From: Candidatus Methylomirabilis oxygeniifera
Lineage (GTDB): Bacteria > Methylomirabilota > Methylomirabilia > Methylomirabilales > Methylomirabilaceae
NCBI GenBank assembly: GCA_000091165.1
Contig: FP565575.1
Location: forward strand, 2,310,001-2,342,000
Direction: 5' to 3'
Length of the DNA: 32,000 nucleotides
Shown here: positions 25,843 through 32,000 of the stretch, piece by piece
Numbering within the stretch: the stretch's first letter is position 1
Layout: each line of letters opens with the position of its first letter
The notes under the pieces: model-generated
What the model was told of the DNA's origin: nothing
Databases searched by the model: none
The model's input: only the letters and a program-made list of their open reading frames with translations
Made by a program: the position numbers and the translations under genes

Positions 25843-27162
25843 TTAGCGATAGCGAAGCGTAGCCAGAGCATCTCGTGCAGCCAGAAGGGTCGCGTCAATG
25901 TCATCGGCGGTATGCGCATCAGACAGAAAGGCCGCCTCAAACTGGGAGGGTGGAAGATAGATTCCCCGCTGCAGCATGGCCCAGAAGAAAGCGGCAAAGC
26001 GATCGGTATTCGCGGCGCGGGCCGTCTGGTAATCGATGACAGGCTGCTCGGCGAAGAAGGCGGTGCACATCGAGCCGACCCGTTGGCACTGAAGCGGCAC
26101 ACCCGCCTCAGCCGCCAACTCCTGCAGCCCGGCTTCCAGTTGCTTGCCCTTCGCCTCGAGTCGTTCGTAGAATCCGGGTTCGTCGAGGAGCCGAAGGGTT
26201 TCGATGCCGGCTCTCATGGCAAGGGGGTTGCCGGAGAGGGTCCCGGCCTGATAGACCGGACCCAGCGGAGCAACCTGCTCCATGATCGAGCGCGGACCGC
26301 CGTACGCGCCGACCGGCAGGCCGCCGCCGATGATCTTGCCGAGACAGGTCAGATCGGGTCGAATGCCGTAGAGGGCCTGGGCGCCGCCTTTGCCCAACCG
26401 GAATCCGGTCATCACCTCGTCGAAGATCAGCAGCGAGCCGTGAGCAGCGGTAACCTCTCGCAACGCCGCGAGAAATCCAGGCTTTGGCGGGACCACCCCC
26501 ATGTTGCCGACCACCGGCTCCACGATGACGCAGGCAATCTCACGACCCATCGCCTCGAAAGCCGATCGGACGGCGTCAACGTTATTGTATGGGAGCGTCA
26601 TCGTCAGGCGGGCGAGATCGGACGGAACGCCGAGGCTGTCCGGTACGCCAAAGGTCATGGCGCCGGAGCCCGCCTTCACCAAAAGGCTGTCGGCATGCCC
26701 GTGGTAGCACCCCTCGAACTTGACGATCCGGTCGCGCTTCGTAACGCCACGGGCCAGTCGAATGGCGCTCATGGTCGCCTCGGTCCCGGAGTTCACAAAC
26801 CGGACCAGCTCGATCGAGGGGATCGCCTCGACCACCATTCTCGCGAGTATCGTCTCCCAGGGAGTCGGCGCGCCGTAGCTGACGCCTTGAGCCGCAGCCT
26901 CCTGGATCGCCTTGACAACGGCAGGGTGGGCATGACCGACAATCATCGGTCCCCAGGAGCCGACATAGTCGATGTAGCTTTGACCGTCGACGTCGTAGAG
27001 GCAACAGCCGCGGGCGTGCTCGATCACCACCGGCTGCCCGCCTACCGCCTTAAATGCCCGCACGGGGCTATTCACGCCTCCCGGCAGCAGGCGTGTGGCC
27101 TCTTCAAAGAGCGCCTTCGAACGGAGGCCTGTCTGCGTGCGATCTATGGGCGGGGTGATCAC
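25843..27162 (-). CDS. hemL: Glutamate-1-semialdehyde 2,1-aminomutase
   Basis: [62 protein letters not shown]; [18 protein letters not shown]; [11 protein letters not shown]. Confidence 0.97.
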   Translation of the reverse strand: MITPPIDRTQTGLRSKALFEEATRLLPGGVNSPVRAFKAVGGQPVVIEHARGCCLYDVDGQSYIDYVGSWGPMIVGHAHPAVVKAIQEAAAQGVSYGAPTPWETILARMVVEAIPSIELVRFVNSGTEATMSAIRLARGVTKRDRIVKFEGCYHGHADSLLVKAGSGAMTFGVPDSLGVPSDLARLTMTLPYNNVDAVRSAFEAMGREIACVIVEPVVGNMGVVPPKPGFLAALREVTAAHGSLLIFDEVMTGFRLGKGGAQALYGIRPDLTCLGKIIGGGLPVGAYGGPRSIMEQVAPLGPVYQAGTLSGNPLAMRAGIETLRLLDEPGFYERLEAKGKQLEAGLQELAAEAGVPLQCQRVGSMCTAFFAEQPVIDYQTARAANTDRFAAFFWAMLQRGIYLPPSQFEAAFLSDAHTADDIDATLLAARDALATLRYR

Positions 27163-28139
27163 GCTTTAGTCTCCAAGAGGCGCGCGGCCTCCTTCGCGGC
27201 ATAGGTCAGGATCAGGTCGGCGCCGGCCCGCTTGATCGACGTCAGCGTCTCCATCAACACCCGCTCTTCATCGATCCACCCGAGCCGTCCGGCCGCCTTC
27301 AACATGGCGTACTCGCCGCTTACATGGTAGGCTGCAACCGGCCCCCCAAACTCCTGCTTCACCCGCCAGAGGATATCTAGGTACGGAAGAGCCGGCTTCA
27401 CCATCACAATGTCCGCCCCCTCCTCCAGGTCGAGCCCCACCTCCCGCAACGCCTCATCGCTGTTCGCCGGATCCATCTGGTAGGTGCGGCGATCGCCGAA
27501 TTGGGGCGCTGAGGCAGCGGCATCGCGGAACGGACCATAGAAGGCGCTGGCATACTTGGCCGAGTAGGCCATAATCGGCGTATCCTCGAAGCCCTCCTCA
27601 TCCAGCGTCTCACGGATGGCCGATACCCGGCCGTCCATCATGTCCGAGGGCGCGACAATATCGGCGCCGGACTCGGCATGAGAGAGCGCTGTTCTGGCCA
27701 GCAGTTCCAAGGTAGGATCGTTTTTCACCTGACCACGCTCCACGACACCACAGTGACCGTGACTGGTGTACTCACAGAGACAGACGTCCGTCATCACCAA
27801 CAGGTCCGATACGGTATCCTTGATCGCCCGCACTGCCTGCTGGACGATCCCATCCTCAGCGTACGCCTCGGACCCTACGGCATCTTTTGCAGCCGGAATG
27901 CCGAACAGGATGATCCCGGGGATACCCATCGCCGCCGCCTCTTTCGCCTCCTTGGCCAGCTCATCCACCGACAGATGGAAACAGCCCGGCATCGAGGCGA
28001 TCTCCTGACGCACACCATGTCCGTGGACAACGAAGAACGGCTGGATCAGATCTTCACGATGCAGGTGAGTTTCCCGCACCAATCGGCGAAGGGTCTCATT
28101 CTGACGCAGGCGTCGTGGCCGAAATACCGGGTAGTACAT
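27159..28139 (-). CDS. hemB: Delta-aminolevulinic acid dehydratase (porphobilinogen synthase)
   Basis: [40 protein letters not shown]; [16 protein letters not shown]; [15 protein letters not shown]. Confidence 0.97.
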   Translation of the reverse strand: MYYPVFRPRRLRQNETLRRLVRETHLHREDLIQPFFVVHGHGVRQEIASMPGCFHLSVDELAKEAKEAAAMGIPGIILFGIPAAKDAVGSEAYAEDGIVQQAVRAIKDTVSDLLVMTDVCLCEYTSHGHCGVVERGQVKNDPTLELLARTALSHAESGADIVAPSDMMDGRVSAIRETLDEEGFEDTPIMAYSAKYASAFYGPFRDAAASAPQFGDRRTYQMDPANSDEALREVGLDLEEGADIVMVKPALPYLDILWRVKQEFGGPVAAYHVSGEYAMLKAAGRLGWIDEERVLMETLTSIKRAGADLILTYAAKEAARLLETKA

Positions 28140-28228
28140 CACTCCTCCTCGAAAGGGCGGCTCTTGCAACACGATCCCCTTCCTATGCCGGTCATTCTAC
28201 CCGTCCCACCTATCCCGGTCAATTGCCT

Positions 28229-30532
28229 TCAGCGCCCCCGCAGGTATTTGGCGCCTCGCTCCGGTGGCGGCGGGGCCCCGCCGGTCAACAGATCAAAGAA
28301 GATCTCGACACTGTTTTCGCGGTCCTGAATCCTGTCGTTAGAAAATCGCTTGGTACGATTGAGGAAATGAATCCCTACCATCCAACAGCAGGTAGCGTAG
28401 GTCAGGACCACATTGTTCTCCAGGCTGGCATCCCGGCGGGGATCGTACCGACCGTAGTAGTTAACCGCAACATTCTTCATCGGCGTGAGCAGCAGCCGGC
28501 CGATAATGCCCGACGTCTTCCGATCGTGAAATGGAGTGTCGTCGAACTTTTCGCCCGCCGTGTCGCCGCCGCGGATGAAGGAGTGGGCCAGTTCTATCCG
28601 TCCGTACTCAGGGTAGGCAACTCGGACACCGGCCTCAATCCCATCAACGCGATTTCTTTCAGTATTGATGGCGGCAACCCCGTACAGGCCCAGGTTCTGT
28701 AAGGGAGAAGCGCGGAGGTCGGCCACCAGGTTGGAGAAGCGACGCTCCGGTACTCGCGTGAACCCATTGTCCGAAGGTTTGGCTTTTCCCTCATGGACCG
28801 CCTGGTCGATCCGTTCCGGTGTCAGCGCATTCAGAAAGAGGTCGGAGAAGTGTCGCGTCTGGGGATTCAGATTGACGCTCTGGCTCAACGACAGAGAGAG
28901 GATTTCATGGGTACGGGTAGCGCCGTCGGCCTCCTTAAGCTTCGTCAGTAGCCGGTTCGTCAGGGAGTAGGTCATTCGGTTCTGTGGACTGATATAATCG
29001 ACATGATCAAACTGCGGGTTCCTCCGTTGATTCCCGGCAGTAATATACCAGTAACTGAGGCGCGGCTCGAGCAGGTGCACCAGCCGATCGACCCGCGCTC
29101 CTGCCACATCGAAGTTGCGAAAGAATCGGGCGGTCAGCTCGTTTCGAGCCTCAAACAGCTCTCGACTTGTACCGCCCCCTCCACTGCCGGGGCGCTTGCT
29201 GTAGGCGGTCTCGCGGAAGCCGATCGACGGCGTCATGGTCGCCCAATTCATCATCCGCCACGGCAACAGCAGTTTCGGGAACAGATCGACTCGACCGCTG
29301 TCCGGCGTCTCTTTCCGCTGGAGATAGGTCCCGGAGAGTTGCCCCTCCGCCAGGAGAGGCAAACCAAACAGCCGTTGCGGAGAGGCAAAGAAGTTCAATT
29401 CAGGTACGCGGCTGAGGCGGCTGTCATTGGTCTCAGGATTCAGGGTGCGGCTATCATCGAACCGAAGTTCAAGGCCGTACTGCTGCCACATCTGCGTGAG
29501 AAACACTCGCGCGTCGGTGAAGCTTGCGGTTCTCGCTTCAGGCGGAGAATCGGAAAACGCACGACGAAATACGCGATCGCTCACGTAGTTGATATCGCTC
29601 TTCAGGCTGAGTCCCGGGTTGAACTGCTGATCGTGGCGGGCAGTGATGGTCGCCCGCACCTCCCTTCGTCTCTCGCTATCCCGATCCTTCATGATTCGGC
29701 CGTCTATGAAGCCGCTCGCCTCCGGCCCCAGGACATACCGATAGCTGGCCTGCGCCTCAGGACCCCGCTTGCCCCGGTACACGCCGGTTAAGGTGAGATC
29801 CTGAGACTCATCGATGGCCCAGAAGAACGGCTGCTTGTACGTGGGCCCTGACCGACCCCCGGCGCCGATGTTAGGAATCAGCCAGCCGGTACGCCGCGGC
29901 CCGACGGGGTAGAGAATGTACGGGGTGTACAGGGCCGGAAGACCACGAATCCAGAAGGACGCCGACTTTGCCTCAAGATATTCGTCTTGTTCGAGGAACG
30001 CCTCTGCCGCGTGGATCTCCCAATCGACGCCGCCAGGCTCAGGTTGACAGATGCGGCAGGTGGTAAATGTACCATCGACCAGCCGATACCTGCGATCCCC
30101 TTCCTTATGGACCTCGACGCCCTGAAAGACGGTCGCAGGGGGGATCGCGCCTTTGGCCTGATACATGACACCGGTATTGGTGCGATAGCGGTATTCCAGT
30201 CGATCGCCGTCCAGACGGCTTGCGCCGTCGATGAGTTGAACCCTTCCCCTAGCCCGGATGATCTCCTGAACCTCATCCACCTCGACCTCATCGGCATGGA
30301 GGATGCGGTTCTCCATCAGGATTCGGACGTCGCCTCGCGCGATGGCAACCTTGTCGCGCTCACGGCGCTCAATCTCATTCGCCTCGATCCGAACAGCCGA
30401 TTTGAGCTCATCGATTTTACCGAGAAGGCCCCGGGATTCCGCATCCTGCGCCAGGACTGCCGGCGTGAACCATGGCGAGGCAAGGAAGAAAAACGCCAAC
30501 AACACAGGCAAGAGGTAGCGTGGCATCAACAA
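28229..30532 (-). CDS. lptD: LPS-assembly protein LptD (OstA/Imp)
   Basis: Signal peptide, OstA-like N-terminal domain (AVRIEANEIERRERDKVAIARGDVRI...), then a large beta-rich C-terminal region with PALYTPYILYPVGPRRTGWLIPNIG. Confidence 0.9.
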   Translation of the reverse strand: MLMPRYLLPVLLAFFFLASPWFTPAVLAQDAESRGLLGKIDELKSAVRIEANEIERRERDKVAIARGDVRILMENRILHADEVEVDEVQEIIRARGRVQLIDGASRLDGDRLEYRYRTNTGVMYQAKGAIPPATVFQGVEVHKEGDRRYRLVDGTFTTCRICQPEPGGVDWEIHAAEAFLEQDEYLEAKSASFWIRGLPALYTPYILYPVGPRRTGWLIPNIGAGGRSGPTYKQPFFWAIDESQDLTLTGVYRGKRGPEAQASYRYVLGPEASGFIDGRIMKDRDSERRREVRATITARHDQQFNPGLSLKSDINYVSDRVFRRAFSDSPPEARTASFTDARVFLTQMWQQYGLELRFDDSRTLNPETNDSRLSRVPELNFFASPQRLFGLPLLAEGQLSGTYLQRKETPDSGRVDLFPKLLLPWRMMNWATMTPSIGFRETAYSKRPGSGGGGTSRELFEARNELTARFFRNFDVAGARVDRLVHLLEPRLSYWYITAGNQRRNPQFDHVDYISPQNRMTYSLTNRLLTKLKEADGATRTHEILSLSLSQSVNLNPQTRHFSDLFLNALTPERIDQAVHEGKAKPSDNGFTRVPERRFSNLVADLRASPLQNLGLYGVAAINTERNRVDGIEAGVRVAYPEYGRIELAHSFIRGGDTAGEKFDDTPFHDRKTSGIIGRLLLTPMKNVAVNYYGRYDPRRDASLENNVVLTYATCCWMVGIHFLNRTKRFSNDRIQDRENSVEIFFDLLTGGAPPPPERGAKYLRGR

Positions 30533-30693
30533 AGACCTCGTGAGGACGCTAACAGACCTTTGTAGAGGCAGGGCGTACCCTACCCGGAACGGGCGCGCGG
30601 CAAGCGGCGCCCCTATCGCGCATCACTGCAGTGCAAGGTGCCCCCGCCTTATATCAGAGAGCCCCACCTAAGGCAAGAAGTTTTGTGCCGACG

Positions 30694-30999
30694 TCACCGC
30701 GCCCTGATAATCACCGCACTGATCCGGTCGATACCGACAAAGGCATCAAAGAAATCTCTTTTTGCAAGTTTCGAAAGATGAACCAGATGTTCGCCAACCA
30801 CAGACACCGTCCCTTCTATTTCTTCGCTGGACTCCAGCCGCAATACCACCCGTTTGCCGATAGCATCCGTGAGAAGAGCCCTCATGGTTGTCGTGGACTT
30901 CAAATCGTACCTGGCCTCTTCCGCCGCTACGATCGGGGCGGACATCACCATAAGTCCCGCCGCAAACATGACAGCGCGCACGATCCCTTGCACCTTCAT
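30694..30999 (-). CDS. Small secreted protein with Sm-like (LSM-like) beta domain
   Basis: MKVQGIVRAVMFAAGLMVMSAPIVAAEEA signal peptide followed by IGKRVVLRLESSEEIEGTVSVVGEHLVHLSKLAKRDFFDAFVGIDRISAVIIRAR. Confidence 0.55.
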   Translation of the reverse strand: MKVQGIVRAVMFAAGLMVMSAPIVAAEEARYDLKSTTTMRALLTDAIGKRVVLRLESSEEIEGTVSVVGEHLVHLSKLAKRDFFDAFVGIDRISAVIIRAR

Positions 31000-31239
31000 G
31001 ACCTTTATCTCCTCGTGATAGGTTTGTGACAACCGCCGGATCCCCTCAGTTAAGAAGGTGAGTTATTGGGTAACGTGAACTCACCCCTGCAGCGTCTGCA
31101 GCAATGCGGTCGAAGCCGGAAATCGTTTCGAGCGGGCGCAGATCCTAGGGATAGATAGTACCGATAATGCCGTCAAGCACGTTGCAATCTACGCCCCCGC
31201 GCGGGGGTGACACAGGGGGGATTTGCGGCCGAAAGAGAC

Positions 31240-31677
31240 TCATGGGAGTGACCTCGGCCACACAGTCAGGCCAGTTGCCTGTGCGGCGTTCCAGAGTTGC
31301 CGGTCGTAGGTCGCCACCGTAACCGACTCGCCCAGCATATCCCGCCAGAACAAAGCCGACGCCAAGTGAGTCGCATCGTAGCCGCGTAGGCTATAATCCC
31401 AAGCAAGAGATGCGGCACGGGACACGAGAACCTCGGTCATCTGGAGGCGGATAAGGCTTTCCCACTCACCACTGAAGAACTGCAGCGCGGAAACTCCTTC
31501 CTCGCGCGTCAACAGCGCCATGCGGACGGCCTTGGCCATCGCTGCGGCCACTTCCGCCCGGCTGATGATCGCCGTGCCGACCACCGCGGCCTGATCAATG
31601 AGTTCTCCAACCTCGGCAGAATCCGCCTCTGCCACGTACCGCTTGACAAGCGCGCTAGCGTCGAGATAGGCAATCAC
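31240..31677 (-). CDS. vapC: PIN-domain (VapC-type) toxin
   Basis: MIAYLDASALVKRYVAEADSAEVGELI...ATHLASALFWRDMLGESVTVATYDRQLWNAA, PIN-domain acidic residues. Confidence 0.9.
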   Translation of the reverse strand: MIAYLDASALVKRYVAEADSAEVGELIDQAAVVGTAIISRAEVAAAMAKAVRMALLTREEGVSALQFFSGEWESLIRLQMTEVLVSRAASLAWDYSLRGYDATHLASALFWRDMLGESVTVATYDRQLWNAAQATGLTVWPRSLP

Positions 31678-31961
31678 TCGCGGTCCTCAATCAGCAGATC
31701 GGCCACGGTGCGCTTTCCTCGGACCCGGGCCACGGGCGCCAAGGATGTCAGTTTGCGCTTATTCCAGAGCACGAGGCCCGACTGGGCCAGAGCTTCGATG
31801 CGGTCTTCAATCGGCAGAATTGTCGGTACGATCCGGCCTATCGGCGTCCCCCGATCGGCGATCTCTACCGACTCTCCGGCCTTGACCAGCCGCAGGTAGT
31901 GGCTCAGCCTGCTCTTGAGTTCGCGTATGCTGACTCTCGTGCACTTCGTCACTCCTTCCAC
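31674..31961 (-). CDS. Phd/YefM-type antitoxin partner of VapC
   Basis: TRVSIRELKSRLSHYLRLVKAGESVEIADRGTPIGRIVP; 4-nt overlap with the toxin gene. Confidence 0.88.
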   Translation of the reverse strand: MEGVTKCTRVSIRELKSRLSHYLRLVKAGESVEIADRGTPIGRIVPTILPIEDRIEALAQSGLVLWNKRKLTSLAPVARVRGKRTVADLLIEDRE

Positions 31962-32000
31962 AACGTCACCCCCTTTATCGTGATCTCATTATATAACAGT

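Noticed and set aside
25840-27204. 454-aa plus-strand ORF
   Set aside because: Lies fully antisense to hemL, which has clear family motifs; composition (His/Arg/Gly-rich, no domain motif) is typical of a shadow ORF in GC-rich coding DNA.
1-32000. CRISPR array, tRNA, rRNA, transposase or prophage genes
   Set aside because: Looked for direct-repeat/spacer arrays and recognizable mobile-element proteins; none supported. The tandem repeats found have 7-nt units and no spacers.

Overview
The window looks like a bacterial chromosomal segment dominated by respiratory genes on the minus strand. It holds two separate, divergent complex I (Nuo) clusters with a small F0 ATP synthase block (atpZ/I-like, atpB, atpE) between them and a rex repressor gene at the downstream end. 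To the right are a monoheme cytochrome c, hemL, hemB, lptD, a small secreted Sm-like protein and a PIN/Phd toxin-antitoxin pair. To the left are a UbiD-family C-terminus, a thioredoxin-like gene and a RelE/ParE toxin with a Phd/YefM antitoxin. The most notable observations are: (1) a thioredoxin-like ORF interrupted by an in-frame TGA exactly where the first catalytic Cys of CxxC belongs (FFHSK-U-PHCQREAP), followed by a strong hairpin at the right distance for a bacterial SECIS, so a likely selenoprotein that ordinary gene calling would split; (2) a 135-nt branched inverted-repeat element between nuoK and nuoJ of cluster 1; (3) several spacers built from degenerate heptanucleotide repeats with 7-nt phasing, some apparently captured into C-terminal coding sequence; (4) neither nuo cluster contains nuoB, nuoI or nuoG in this window; (5) a nuoH frameshift in cluster 2 at a homopolymer; (6) a promoter, short leader and intrinsic terminator arrangement upstream of nuoA of cluster 2. 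I found no CRISPR array, rRNA, recognizable tRNA or transposase gene. The organism may be an NC10/Methylomirabilis-like bacterium, but that is a low-confidence impression and not demonstrated here.
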